DNA of 64,000 nt from Candidatus Magasanikiibacteriota bacterium (lineage in GTDB: Bacteria > Patescibacteriota > Patescibacteriia > Magasanikbacterales > UBA922): positions 1,938 to 65,937 of the forward strand of contig DOYU01000010.1 in the NCBI GenBank assembly GCA_003518365.1, given 5' to 3'. This document shows positions 27,256-37,226 of this stretch, piece after piece (the first letter of the stretch is position 1; the number at the start of each line of letters is the position of its first letter). The notes under the pieces are model-generated. The model saw only the letters and a program-made list of their open reading frames with translations. It was not told the DNA's origin and searched no databases. The position numbers were made by a program, and so were the translations under genes.

Positions 27256-29889
27256 ATGATTCCACAAAATTTTACCCAAAAATCCCAAGAGGCGCTGCAG
27301 CATGCAGCCCAGATTTCTCATGCAAACGGCCAACCTCAAGTTGAGCCGCCACATCTTTTTTTATCACTTCTCGAACAAGAAGAAGGTGTTGTGCTGTCTG
27401 TTCTCAAGAAATTAAACGTCAATATCGAGGAACTTCGTCATGACACGCAGCAAATGATTGATGGATTGCCAAAGCAATTTGGCGCAATGAGTGGTGGTAT
27501 GGGGCAAATTATGATGGGCCAAGCCATGATGTTTATTTTGCAAAATGCACAGAATGAATCGCAAAAAATGGGTGATGAATATATTAGTGTTGAGCATCTT
27601 CTTCTTTCATTCCTCACAAATAAAAATCCTATAAGCGACGCACTTGGCAAACAAGGCGTCCAGCATGCTGATGCTTTGAAAGTATTGGCAACGGTGCGAG
27701 GCTCACAACGAGTCGATTCCCCTACTCCGGAAAGTACCTACCAAGCGCTGGAAAAGTATGGCATGAATTATACTGACCGTGCGCGAAAGGAAAAACTAGA
27801 CCCTGTGATTGGGCGCGATGATGAGATACGACGTGTGATGCAAGTGCTCACAAGACGAACAAAAAATAATCCTGTGTTGATTGGTGAGCCAGGTGTCGGA
27901 AAAACAGCCATTGTAGAGGGACTTGCACAGCGCATTGTGAACGGTGATGTACCCGAAAGTCTAAAAGACAAAGAGGTCATTGGTCTTGATATAGGCTCTC
28001 TTGTCGCCGGGACAAAGTTCCGCGGTGAATTTGAAGAACGGCTGAAAGCGGTGTTGAAAGAAGTCACAGATGCTCGCGGGAAAATCATTCTCTTTATTGA
28101 TGAACTCCATACTATCATGGGCGCAGGAAGCTCTGAAGGGGCTGTCGATGCGTCAAATATGCTAAAGCCTGCACTTGCTCGAGGTGAACTTCGCACGATC
28201 GGTGCCACAACAATCAAAGAATATCAGCAACATATTGAAAAGGATGCAGCGTTTGAACGTCGCTTTCAGCCTGTCCTCGTTAAAGAGCCAAGTGAAGAGG
28301 ATGCTCTCGCCATTTTGCGTGGGATTAAAGAAAAGTATGAAGTGCATCATGGAGTCAGAATTACAGATCCTGCACTTGTGGCAGCAGTAAAACTGTCGAG
28401 CAGATATATCACTGATCGTTTTCTTCCGGACAAAGCTATCGACCTCATCGACGAAGCGACAAGTGCCATGCGTCTTGAGATAGAATCCATGCCAGACGAT
28501 CTTGATAAAATGAAGCGAAAAATGATGAAAATTGAGATTGAATTGTCAGCATTGAAAAAAGAGAAAGATGTTGAGTCTAAAGAACGTGAAGCAAAACTTA
28601 AAAAAGAACTTGCTAATTTGAAAGAAAGTATTGGTGAAATAGAATTGCATTGGAAGCACGAAAAAGAAATTATTTCAAAAATTCGTGGCTACAAAAAAGA
28701 AATTGATACCTTGAAACAACAGGCAGAAATTGAGGAACGTAAGGGAAATCTTCAGAAGGTTGCTGAAATTCGCTATGGGAATATCCCCAATACAGAAGAA
28801 GCGCTGAAAAAGGATCAGCGCAAGTTTGCTGACTTGCAGGAAAAGAGGGCTATCTTGAAAGAAGAAGTTACTGAAGAAGATATTGCCGCCGTTGTCGCAC
28901 GGTGGACAGGTATTCCTGTCGACAAGATGCTTCAGGATGATCTCAAAAAACTTGCCAACATGGAAGCCGTCCTCTCGACACGAGTCATCGGACAATCAGA
29001 TGCTATCAAGGCAGTATCCAATGCCATCCGTCGTTCACGAGCAGGCGTTGCAGAGGAAAACAAACCAATCGGCAGCTTTATTTTCATGGGGCCAACAGGT
29101 GTTGGAAAAACAGAACTCGCAAGGGGTCTTGCTGAATTTTTGTTTAATGACGAGGACGCACTCGTGCGAGTAGATATGAGTGAATATATGGAACGCCATG
29201 CAACAAGTAAATTGATTGGCTCCCCTCCTGGCTATGTTGGCTATGAAGAAGGTGGCCAGCTGACTGAAATCATCCGTCGCAGACCCTATGCAGTCCTTTT
29301 GTTTGACGAGATTGAAAAAGCGCATCCAGATGTCTTTAATATCATGCTCCAGATTCTCGATGATGGACATGTAAAAGATGCCAAAGGAAGAAAAATAAAT
29401 TTCAAAAATACGGTCATCATCATGACCAGCAATATCGCCAGTGATGTCATCATGGCTATGGGACAACGTGGTGAACTAGGTTTTCAAGAAACAGGGAAAA
29501 AATCAAAAGCACAAGAGGAGGATCGCATGAAAGAGAAAGTTATGGAAGGATTGAAAGAACACTTCAAGCCGGAATTTCTCAATCGTATCGATGAGATTAT
29601 CACCTTCCACCCACTTGATAAGCCAGAAATTCGAAGTATTGTTGACTTGCAGCTTGCACGCGTTGGGAAGAGACTCACTGAACAGCGCATCACACTCGAC
29701 GTATCTGCTAAGGCCAAGGATTGGCTTGCCAAGAAAGGATACGATCCACAAATGGGTGCTCGCCCACTCAAACGATTGATCCAAACAGAACTCTTGGACA
29801 AGCTTGCACTTGATATTTTGGAAGGAAAAATTGCAGAAGGAAGAACGGTGAAAGTGGATGTTGGAAAAAGTGGGTTAGTAGTCAAGTAA
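27256..29889 (+). CDS. clpB: Chaperone ClpB
   Basis: Clp N-domain, two AAA+ modules ([16 protein letters not shown]), long middle coiled coil; 877 aa. Confidence 0.95.
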   Translation: MIPQNFTQKSQEALQHAAQISHANGQPQVEPPHLFLSLLEQEEGVVLSVLKKLNVNIEELRHDTQQMIDGLPKQFGAMSGGMGQIMMGQAMMFILQNAQNESQKMGDEYISVEHLLLSFLTNKNPISDALGKQGVQHADALKVLATVRGSQRVDSPTPESTYQALEKYGMNYTDRARKEKLDPVIGRDDEIRRVMQVLTRRTKNNPVLIGEPGVGKTAIVEGLAQRIVNGDVPESLKDKEVIGLDIGSLVAGTKFRGEFEERLKAVLKEVTDARGKIILFIDELHTIMGAGSSEGAVDASNMLKPALARGELRTIGATTIKEYQQHIEKDAAFERRFQPVLVKEPSEEDALAILRGIKEKYEVHHGVRITDPALVAAVKLSSRYITDRFLPDKAIDLIDEATSAMRLEIESMPDDLDKMKRKMMKIEIELSALKKEKDVESKEREAKLKKELANLKESIGEIELHWKHEKEIISKIRGYKKEIDTLKQQAEIEERKGNLQKVAEIRYGNIPNTEEALKKDQRKFADLQEKRAILKEEVTEEDIAAVVARWTGIPVDKMLQDDLKKLANMEAVLSTRVIGQSDAIKAVSNAIRRSRAGVAEENKPIGSFIFMGPTGVGKTELARGLAEFLFNDEDALVRVDMSEYMERHATSKLIGSPPGYVGYEEGGQLTEIIRRRPYAVLLFDEIEKAHPDVFNIMLQILDDGHVKDAKGRKINFKNTVIIMTSNIASDVIMAMGQRGELGFQETGKKSKAQEEDRMKEKVMEGLKEHFKPEFLNRIDEIITFHPLDKPEIRSIVDLQLARVGKRLTEQRITLDVSAKAKDWLAKKGYDPQMGARPLKRLIQTELLDKLALDILEGKIAEGRTVKVDVGKSGLVVK

Positions 29890-29922
29890 CAAGTTGAAAG
29901 GCACTCAAATATAAAAACAAAC

Positions 29923-29949
29923 GCCCGACCATCACGAAGATGATCGGGC
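29923..29949. terminator. Hairpin between convergent clpB and orphan gene
   Basis: GCCCGACCATC...GATGATCGGGC. Confidence 0.55.
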
Positions 29950-29985
29950 TACAATGTAAACAGCGGCGCGGCAGCAGGATGCTGC

Positions 29986-30279
29986 CTAGGTCAGCTGATC
30001 GCTCGTGTAGGAGAGCTCATGAACCAGCTCGTTCTTCCACTCGTTGGACCCCAGATCTGCATCCCAGACGGACGCAATGAGGGATCTAATCCACATATTG
30101 ACGGACATGCGCTTGTTGGTGAGCATCTTCTCTTCACAGCGCCTGAGCGCGTGGAGAAGATGCATCAGCACTGCCTTGTGAATCGCAGCCTCAGCAGCTT
30201 CTTTAGGAAGAGGCGTCATCACCAAATCCTGGATAGTCATTGTAATAGCCTGGATGGCGGGGAAACGTCGCTCGCTCAT
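29986..30279 (-). CDS. Hypothetical 97-aa protein with strong SD
   Basis: GGAGG at 30290-30286 upstream of the ATG; higher GC than neighbours; downstream hairpin. Confidence 0.65.
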   Translation of the reverse strand: MSERRFPAIQAITMTIQDLVMTPLPKEAAEAAIHKAVLMHLLHALRRCEEKMLTNKRMSVNMWIRSLIASVWDADLGSNEWKNELVHELSYTSDQLT

Positions 30280-30488
30280 TGTGATCCTCCGATGTTGTGC
30301 GAGAGTGATATAGAATCATACTTAAGAAAATCTGTCAATAATAAAAAGATCGAGTATTGAACTTGATCTTTTTATTTCTAAATTGCCTACTTAAACGAAT
30401 TTTGCTTTGGCTTTCTCACTACCAGCAGGAATTTGTCACTCCATCAGAAAGGTTGCTAGATGTTACGTGCTACATGATTCGTGAAGAC

Positions 30489-31505
30489 CTACCAATTTCC
30501 ACACACCGTCTTCATCAACGCTGCTGTCACTTGATACGGATCACAGTTTGCAGCAGGACGGCGATCTTCTAAATAGCCATAGCCAACATTGCTGGTCGCC
30601 ATGGGAATACGAATCGAAGCACCACGATCACTTACACCGTAACGAAATTCATTGATACTGCACGTCTCATGTTGCCCTGTCAAACGCTCTTCATTATGTG
30701 CTCCATACACAGCAATATGGTCTGCATGGCGTCTTCCTAATTTTTCACATGCTGCGGTGATAACACTCATGCCGCCCGGCTCACGCATGGATTTTGTACT
30801 AAAGTTTGTATGCGCTCCAGCCCCATTCCAATCCCCTTTTACAGGCTTTGGATACAGCGTGGCACTGACATCATGGTCTTCTGCAATTCTATAGAGCATC
30901 CATCGCGCCATCCAAATCTGATCCGATACTTCAAGTGGGCCGACAGGTCCAATCTGAAATTCCCATTGACCTGGCATGACTTCTGCATTGATGCCACAAA
31001 AGTCTAAGCCTGCTTCCAGACATGCTTCCATGTGTTCTTCGACAATCGCACGACCAAATACTTCATCAGCCCCAACGCCACAATAGTAATTGCCTTGTGG
31101 ACCAGGGAATCCATGATCCGGCCATCCAAGCGGTTTTGCGCCATCAAAAAACGTATATTCTTGTTCGATGCCAAACCACGCTTCTTCATGTTCATACATC
31201 TTTGCGACTTCTCTGAGATGCGCGCGTGTATTCGACACATGGACAGTACCGTCTGCATTCAATACCTCACAGAGAACGAGCACATGATTCCCTCCACGAA
31301 TCGGATCTTTGACAAAGAAGACAGGTTTGAGCTGGCAGTCGCTTTTTGATCCATCAGCTTGCTGCGTACTTGAACCATCAAATCCCCAATCCGGCAAATC
31401 CTCAATGCGTGAGATTGGTCCGCGGACGACTTTTGTTTTGGATCGAAGTTTGGCAGTTGGCTTCTGCCCATCGATCCAAATGTATTCTGCCATGATGCTA
31501 TACAT
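30489..31505 (-). CDS. glnII: Glutamine synthetase type II
   Basis: AEYIWIDG, LRSKT, WGFDGSST.QA, GINAEVMPGQWEFQIG, GDWNGAGAHTNFST, RLTG.HET, GYLEDRRPAAN.DPY; about 338 aa. Confidence 0.9.
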   Translation of the reverse strand: MYSIMAEYIWIDGQKPTAKLRSKTKVVRGPISRIEDLPDWGFDGSSTQQADGSKSDCQLKPVFFVKDPIRGGNHVLVLCEVLNADGTVHVSNTRAHLREVAKMYEHEEAWFGIEQEYTFFDGAKPLGWPDHGFPGPQGNYYCGVGADEVFGRAIVEEHMEACLEAGLDFCGINAEVMPGQWEFQIGPVGPLEVSDQIWMARWMLYRIAEDHDVSATLYPKPVKGDWNGAGAHTNFSTKSMREPGGMSVITAACEKLGRRHADHIAVYGAHNEERLTGQHETCSINEFRYGVSDRGASIRIPMATSNVGYGYLEDRRPAANCDPYQVTAALMKTVCGNW

Positions 31506-31594
31506 AGCGTAAAATATAAAATACAAAGACCCGGTGTGTGACAGGTCTTTGTGTTGATGCATGTATTGTAGAGGAGAAGAAAAAAATGGTCAAA

Positions 31595-31918
31595 TTATTC
31601 CTCAGGAAAGACTTTGTTTCCATCTTTGTCGTACAGATGAATTGCAAGAACGGGACATGACTGCGCGCCGAGAAGCAATGTTTCTTCATCTGTTGCATCA
31701 TGTCCTTCTGGTACATAGGCAATATCTTCTTCATCCATCTGAAATGCTAGTGGAGCCACAACAGTACAAGACATCGCGCCAATGCATGCTTGTTTGTCGA
31801 CTACAATGCGACGAATTCTCCCCTCTTTTCGAATGCCTTGATAGTATTCATCTGGCATGTCATCTGGCATTGCGATGTCTTCGTCTGAATCATTGTTTAT
31901 TGGTGGATCGTATTCCAT
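31595..31918 (-). CDS. Monocluster ferredoxin, probably [3Fe-4S]
   Basis: VDKQACIGAMSC...AP..F...CPVLAI (CxxAxxC...CP). Confidence 0.85.
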   Translation of the reverse strand: MEYDPPINNDSDEDIAMPDDMPDEYYQGIRKEGRIRRIVVDKQACIGAMSCTVVAPLAFQMDEEDIAYVPEGHDATDEETLLLGAQSCPVLAIHLYDKDGNKVFPEE

Positions 31919-31924
31919 AAAATA

Positions 31925-32788
31925 TTATATTTTTCTCCCTTCGTTTCGGTGTACGTTTCTTTCTAATCGAGCTTCTACATCGGGGACTAATTCTGTATAA
32001 AATTCATTTCTTAGAGGTTCAATATCTTTATTACATTTTTCTACCATTTTGGCTTCAATAGTCTCATCTTTCTGCATTATTCTAACAATAACATCTTGCA
32101 CGGTCAATCCAGCACGTTCAAGTTTTTCTAGCACACTATGAACTATTTCATTTTTATATGTATCTGCATATCCATCGAGGCATTGGCTAAGTTCTGCTCT
32201 TAGTTCCGCATCATCAGCAGGACTATTCCGAAGTTCAGCTACCTTATCCTGCAATTCTAGTAATGTCTCACTTGTACTGTGCGATTCTAGTAGACACTCA
32301 AATTCGTACCGTACAAGTTTCTCCATGTATGCATCTACAGTCCGTCGAACCTTACTCTCGATGTTCTTCTGAGTCTCTCGCAATTCCTCCGCTACTTTGG
32401 CTGTGAGCCATTTTCCAAAAACAAAGTATTTTTCAAGAAAGTAGGACTGTCTTTGTCTCTCCTTAAATTTGCTCCTGAATAAGGCTCCATCAATTTCTGG
32501 ATGTTCCTGTATGTACTCGTCTACCAGAAATGCAAGCCCTGGCTCTGGGGCCTCTAGAATACTTTCAGCAAAACCATAGGCTGACGATTCAAGGTTGTTT
32601 AAAAAATGTTCTGCTTTTTGCAAAAAAGGTTGTGTTATCTCTCCACCAATTTGTGCATCTAATGCATCCAGCCCTTCTTGAATTTTCCTTTCTTTTGCTT
32701 CTTTTTCGTTTCTGAGATGGGAGGCAAATGACGAATCTATAAATACATCAAGTTGTTGCTCTATTTGCGTCGTGTTTGTTTGACTCAT
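31925..32788 (-). CDS. Hypothetical helical, Glu-rich protein
   Basis: 287-aa ORF packed between operon genes; no recognisable motif. Confidence 0.6.
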   Translation of the reverse strand: MSQTNTTQIEQQLDVFIDSSFASHLRNEKEAKERKIQEGLDALDAQIGGEITQPFLQKAEHFLNNLESSAYGFAESILEAPEPGLAFLVDEYIQEHPEIDGALFRSKFKERQRQSYFLEKYFVFGKWLTAKVAEELRETQKNIESKVRRTVDAYMEKLVRYEFECLLESHSTSETLLELQDKVAELRNSPADDAELRAELSQCLDGYADTYKNEIVHSVLEKLERAGLTVQDVIVRIMQKDETIEAKMVEKCNKDIEPLRNEFYTELVPDVEARLERNVHRNEGRKI

Positions 32789-32798
32789 ATGAATGAAA

Positions 32799-33086
32799 TT
32801 AGAGACCCATCATGACCTTGAGTGCCTCAGGCATCTCCCACGGTGGGTCAAAACTGACTTCTATTGTGACATGTTCCACGCCAAGATTCAACATAGCTTC
32901 GCGAATGCCATCTTGTAATGCCGGTCCTGCTGGGCACATGGGTGTTGTATAGGTCATCACGATATGAATATGCTCATCATCTGGAATATCTATCTCACGA
33001 ATAAGACCCATGGTGTGGATATCCAGACCAACTTCTGGGTCAATAACCATTTTCAAATGTGCTTCGACGTCTTCTTTTGTAATCAT
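32799..33086 (-). CDS. SufT/DUF59 Fe-S maturation protein
   Basis: V.DPE...DI..MGLI, T.TTP.CP, FDPPW. Confidence 0.88.
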   Translation of the reverse strand: MITKEDVEAHLKMVIDPEVGLDIHTMGLIREIDIPDDEHIHIVMTYTTPMCPAGPALQDGIREAMLNLGVEHVTIEVSFDPPWEMPEALKVMMGL

Positions 33087-33811
33087 AGTGTACCTGTATA
33101 CCCACTCTTTTCAATTTCAACGGCCAATTCAGGTCCCCCACTCTTCACAATCTTTCCATCCATCATGATATGAATCTCGTCCGGCTTTACGTATTCGAGA
33201 ATACGATTGTAGTGCGTGATAAGCAAAACGCCTGTTTCTGAACTTCGGAAACGATTGATGCCTTCAGACACAATGCGTAAGGCATCAACATCAAGACCAG
33301 AATCAGTTTCATCAAGAATAGCATACATTGGCGTGAGTGCAGACATTTGCAAAATTTCAAGCCGTTTTTTTTCTCCACCAGACATGCCTACATTCACATA
33401 CCGCGTAAGAAAAGATTCCTCAATATTCAATTCTTTCATTTTTTCTACAAGCATCGCATGCACAGTAAGTGGGTTTTGTGTTTCACCGCGCTGTGCATTG
33501 ATAGCAAGACGCAAAAAGTTTGCAACCGTTACTCCCTCAATCCCAGGTGGGTATTGCATAGAAAGGAACATGCCTTTTTTTGCTCGTGCGTCTGGCGCCA
33601 TGTCTGTAATATTCTCATCATCAAGAAAAATAGAACCACTGGTTACTTCATACGTTGGATGCCCTGCCAAAGTATTTGCAAGCGTCGATTTTCCAGATCC
33701 ATTTGGCCCCATGATAACAACGACTTTCCCTTTTGGCACGTCAAGATTGACCCCTTTCAGGATTTCTTTGCCGTCAGCTTTTGCATGAAGATCTTGTATA
33801 TGTAAACTCAT
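33083..33811 (-). CDS. sufC: Fe-S assembly ATPase SufC
   Basis: GPNGSGKST, SGGEKKR.EILQ, LDETDSGLDVDAL, ITHY. Confidence 0.95.
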   Translation of the reverse strand: MSLHIQDLHAKADGKEILKGVNLDVPKGKVVVIMGPNGSGKSTLANTLAGHPTYEVTSGSIFLDDENITDMAPDARAKKGMFLSMQYPPGIEGVTVANFLRLAINAQRGETQNPLTVHAMLVEKMKELNIEESFLTRYVNVGMSGGEKKRLEILQMSALTPMYAILDETDSGLDVDALRIVSEGINRFRSSETGVLLITHYNRILEYVKPDEIHIMMDGKIVKSGGPELAVEIEKSGYTGTL

Positions 33812-34179
33812 AGTTCATTCATCATTGATTTAAGGGTATTCCATCCGAGCAAAGCACACTTCATTCGTGCATGGGATATGGGAATGCCGAGCATTGCCAG
33901 CATATTTTCCTCTGTAATAGCACATATTTCTTCTTTTGTCATCCCTTTTACTTTATCCGTAATGAGCGACAGGGATGCCTGTGAAATCGCACAGCCTTCA
34001 CCTTGATGGCCTATATCCACTACTCTCCCTTCAGTATCAAATAATACCTGCAATGTAACATTGTCTCCACACGAAGGATTCACGGCCTTCTTTTCAATAC
34101 TAAATGTATCCAACTGTTTATGATTCAGCGGATGCTTATACAAATCAAGGATCATTTCTTTGTAGAGTTGTTCGTCCAT
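33808..34179 (-). CDS. sufU: SufU/NifU-like sulfur-transfer or scaffold protein
   Basis: LY.E.ILD.YKHP.N, NPSCGD, GCAISQAS, R.KCALL. Confidence 0.88.
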   Translation of the reverse strand: MDEQLYKEMILDLYKHPLNHKQLDTFSIEKKAVNPSCGDNVTLQVLFDTEGRVVDIGHQGEGCAISQASLSLITDKVKGMTKEEICAITEENMLAMLGIPISHARMKCALLGWNTLKSMMNEL

Positions 34180-34186
34180 ACGTGGA

Positions 34187-34218
34187 TAATTGGATTATTT
34201 GTTGATTGGGCAATTTGT
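34187..34218. repeat. 8-nt tandem array
   Basis: taattgga-ttatttgt-tgattggg-caatttgt. Confidence 0.55.
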
Positions 34219-34297
34219 CATCCTGAACTTGATTCAGGATCTCTCTCACCAAAGACGTGCTCTGTTGGAAAGATGCCGGATCAAGTCCGGCATGACA
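34216..34297. repeat. Palindromic MITE/REP-like element between sufS and sufU
   Basis: TGTCA-TCCTGAAC-TTG-ATTCAGGA-TCT ... AGA-TGCCGGA-TCAAG-TCCGGCA-TGACA: two internal hairpins and complementary termini. Confidence 0.8.
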
Positions 34298-34321
34298 ATC
34301 CGAAACTTATTACGGGATCGC

Positions 34322-35527
34322 TTATCTAAACAGATCAAGGGTTTTCTTCAAAGCTCTCAGAACAGTATCTATATCCTTTTCATCATTATACATTCCTACA
34401 GAAAATCGCGCAGTACCGCCATTCAATCCCAGTTTTTTCATCAGCGGCAGAGTGCAGTGATGTCCAGCTCGGATTGCGACGTTGTGTTGATTGCAAATCT
34501 CGGCAATATCATGCGGATGAATACCTGGGATATGAATTGAAACGATGCCATTGTGTTTCGTTACATCTGATGATCCAATGATTTTTACTTCAGGCAATGT
34601 AGATAATTGTTTGATGAGGTAATTAGTTAATTCGTTTTCGTGAGCAATGATGTTCTCTAATCCAATCTCCTGTACAAATGCAATCGCAGCTCCGAGTCCA
34701 ATTGCACCGGCAATGTTGGGCGTGCCTGGTTCAAATCTATGTGGTACCTCATTCCATTCTGCATCTTCATAGCTGACATCATTGACCATATCGCCACCAA
34801 ACACCACCGGTGACAATGCTTCAAGTTTTTCTTTTTTTCCATACAACACACCAATCCCTGTGGGCCCATATAGTTTATGTCCAGAAAAAACAAGAAAGTC
34901 CACGTCCAGTGTCTTTACATCAGTATTCATGTGAACAATAGATTGTGCAGCATCAATAATAGTGATTGCTCCTACCTGCTTTGCCAGAGCAATCAGATCT
35001 TTTGCAGGAGCTTTACTTCCGAGTGTATTTGAGACGTGTGCAAATGAAACAATTTTTGTGTTGCTATCAATTTTTCTCTTTGCATCTTCGAGATCAAGCT
35101 GAAAATCTTCATCAATGTCAATAAAACGTAATTCCACGCCAGTCTTTTTTGCAACTTGTTGCCAAGGTATCAAATTTGCGTGATGTTCCCATGCAGTAAG
35201 TACAATATTGTCTCCTGATTTCAACGATTGTCCGAGGGATGTTGCGAGCATGTTCAACCCGTGCGTTGTTCCATAGGTAAATACGATTTCTTCTGGTGTA
35301 GCATTGATAAACTGCGCAACAATGTTTCTTGCGTTTTCATATTCAGTTGTTGCTCTATCACTCGCGGTATACAGACCTCGGTGAATGTTCACTCCATATT
35401 CTTCATAATATTCTCTCATTTTTTTAATCACCACTTGTGGCTTCAATGCAGAAGCAGCACTATCAAAATACGCCAGGTCAGGTGAATGATGGAAAATGGG
35501 AAAATGTTGTTTGATGTTTTTATCCAT
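34322..35527 (-). CDS. sufS: Cysteine desulfurase SufS
   Basis: YFDSAAS..KP, NIHRG, EHHAN..PW, FSGHKLYGPTGIG, RAGHHC. Confidence 0.93.
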   Translation of the reverse strand: MDKNIKQHFPIFHHSPDLAYFDSAASALKPQVVIKKMREYYEEYGVNIHRGLYTASDRATTEYENARNIVAQFINATPEEIVFTYGTTHGLNMLATSLGQSLKSGDNIVLTAWEHHANLIPWQQVAKKTGVELRFIDIDEDFQLDLEDAKRKIDSNTKIVSFAHVSNTLGSKAPAKDLIALAKQVGAITIIDAAQSIVHMNTDVKTLDVDFLVFSGHKLYGPTGIGVLYGKKEKLEALSPVVFGGDMVNDVSYEDAEWNEVPHRFEPGTPNIAGAIGLGAAIAFVQEIGLENIIAHENELTNYLIKQLSTLPEVKIIGSSDVTKHNGIVSIHIPGIHPHDIAEICNQHNVAIRAGHHCTLPLMKKLGLNGGTARFSVGMYNDEKDIDTVLRALKKTLDLFR

Positions 35528-35550
35528 ATGGAGTGACGAACGCAAGTTCG

Positions 35551-36597
35551 TTATGTTTGCAATGGTGACGAACTCGCGTTCGTCATTCCTCTTGCTTCAG
35601 TAATACTTTGCATGATATCTGTTTTCAAAGCATTATCTTCAATCATATCGACAATGCTTCCGAGATGTCCATGCAGCATTGCTTGCTTTGCGGTCTGGGT
35701 ATCCATACCACGAGATTGGAAATAAAACAAGGATTCCTCGTCTACATTGGTGGTAGAAACGCCGTGTGAGCAAGACACCTCATTATTTGCAATTTCAAGA
35801 TCTGGAACAGAACTGATGTGTGCGTCTGAGGAAAGAAGCAGTGTTTCTTCTTTTTGATGCCCCACTGCATTGAACGCATGTTCGCGGATATCAATCAGAC
35901 TTCTGTAAATAGTTTTGGCTTTATCTTCTAGCGCGCCATGTGTTTTCAAATTACTTTGCGTGTGCTCTGCCACATGCATCGTCGTATGCGTAATGTCATG
36001 AAACTGTTCTCGTCGTCCATAAAAAATACCGTACGTCTCCCCCACTGATCGTGGCTGTTCAAGAATGGTGTATATACTTGAGTTTGCTACAGATCCTCCA
36101 ATAGCGACATCAATCCATGTTATCTTTGCTTCTTTGCCGACAAAGGCACGTCTGAGAGCAATGACAAACTGATCTTTCTCAACACGTTGATCGGCTATGT
36201 ACGTTACGTGTGAACCTTCTTCTAGTGTTATATCAATAATGACGCCAGTAAAATCTTTATTCATGATATGTTCATTCATTGTAGCTTTTACTCCGGTCTT
36301 CACGACAATGTGAATATACGCGCCTGCAGTTTTTTTCAATGCTTGCAGCGTCAATGCAAACAAATCAGTATCTTTTTCAATAACAATCTCAAATGCATCT
36401 AGTACATTCTCCGCAAGATGTTCAAACAAGACATTATCTTTAATCCCATATTCTACATTCGATATTCGACATTCTACTTTTTCTGCAGAGACTTGCATTG
36501 ATTCACTACCAAACTCTCGCATACCCAAACCAACCGGACTATAGTCTGCGACTATGCCAATTCCATATTTGAGATGTTCTGTTTGGATGTTAGACAT
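35551..36597 (-). CDS. sufD: Fe-S assembly protein SufD
   Basis: Beta-helix region, P.LEI.NNEV.CSHG, LFY..SRG. Confidence 0.85.
   Translation of the reverse strand: MSNIQTEHLKYGIGIVADYSPVGLGMREFGSESMQVSAEKVECRISNVEYGIKDNVLFEHLAENVLDAFEIVIEKDTDLFALTLQALKKTAGAYIHIVVKTGVKATMNEHIMNKDFTGVIIDITLEEGSHVTYIADQRVEKDQFVIALRRAFVGKEAKITWIDVAIGGSVANSSIYTILEQPRSVGETYGIFYGRREQFHDITHTTMHVAEHTQSNLKTHGALEDKAKTIYRSLIDIREHAFNAVGHQKEETLLLSSDAHISSVPDLEIANNEVSCSHGVSTTNVDEESLFYFQSRGMDTQTAKQAMLHGHLGSIVDMIEDNALKTDIMQSITEARGMTNASSSPLQT
36450..36477. repeat. 7-nt tandem array inside sufD
   Basis: attctac-attcgat-attcgac-attctac, encoding VECRISNVE. Confidence 0.7.
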
Positions 36598-37216
36598 GTT
36601 CTTGTATAAATAATGTTGCGCGTTTAACCGCCTCTGGATATATTTCTTTTACTCTATCATCATTTTCAAATTCAACCGCTTTCGCTTTCACTTTTTCAGA
36701 CGATTCTTCTGGAAGTCCTAAGCCTTTCCAAAAAGTAAGACCCTCTTCTATGCCAATATCTGACTTGTTTGTGTAGATTTCTTGAATAAGTTTGTTATAT
36801 TGTCTAACTTTTGATAAGTCTTCGTTGTTTTTTACTTCAACATAATCTAAATCATGCAAATAATCAGACATTGCAAAGTTCTCAAAATCATCTATATCCT
36901 GAAGAATTTTTAACCCAGTGGACACAATCCATTGAGGATCTCCATACGCTTTTGTAGGTGGCAAATGAAATAATGCATTTCTCACTTCTTCTGATAGCCT
37001 ATCGTTCAAGTGATGTACTGCCATTCCTTTCAAAAAATCATCATTACTTTCAAATTCAGTGAACAGCTCTTTGTAATGAGTTTTTGAACGATGAATGCCA
37101 GTTATATATCGACTATCTGGATATACTGTTCCCGACAAATACTTTTTTCTATCTTGAACCGAAAGCAACTCCTGAAATTCAAGCGCAAATCGAATATGTG
37201 TGGCTGATAATGACAT
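36590..37216 (-). CDS. Hypothetical protein, possible zinc-dependent phospholipase C/P1-like fold
   Basis: N-terminal TH..FA, G...PD, H, G...H...D spacing. Confidence 0.5.
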   Translation of the reverse strand: MSLSATHIRFALEFQELLSVQDRKKYLSGTVYPDSRYITGIHRSKTHYKELFTEFESNDDFLKGMAVHHLNDRLSEEVRNALFHLPPTKAYGDPQWIVSTGLKILQDIDDFENFAMSDYLHDLDYVEVKNNEDLSKVRQYNKLIQEIYTNKSDIGIEEGLTFWKGLGLPEESSEKVKAKAVEFENDDRVKEIYPEAVKRATLFIQEHV

Positions 37217-37226
37217 AATATGTTTG

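Noticed and set aside
27768-33805. Long antisense ORFs over clpB and sufC
   Set aside because: These are typical shadow frames opposite conserved genes, with no independent motifs.
34120-34540. Plus-strand ORFs containing CHPELDSGS / VILNLIQDL
   Set aside because: These are translations of the palindromic repeat and the antisense of sufU/sufS.
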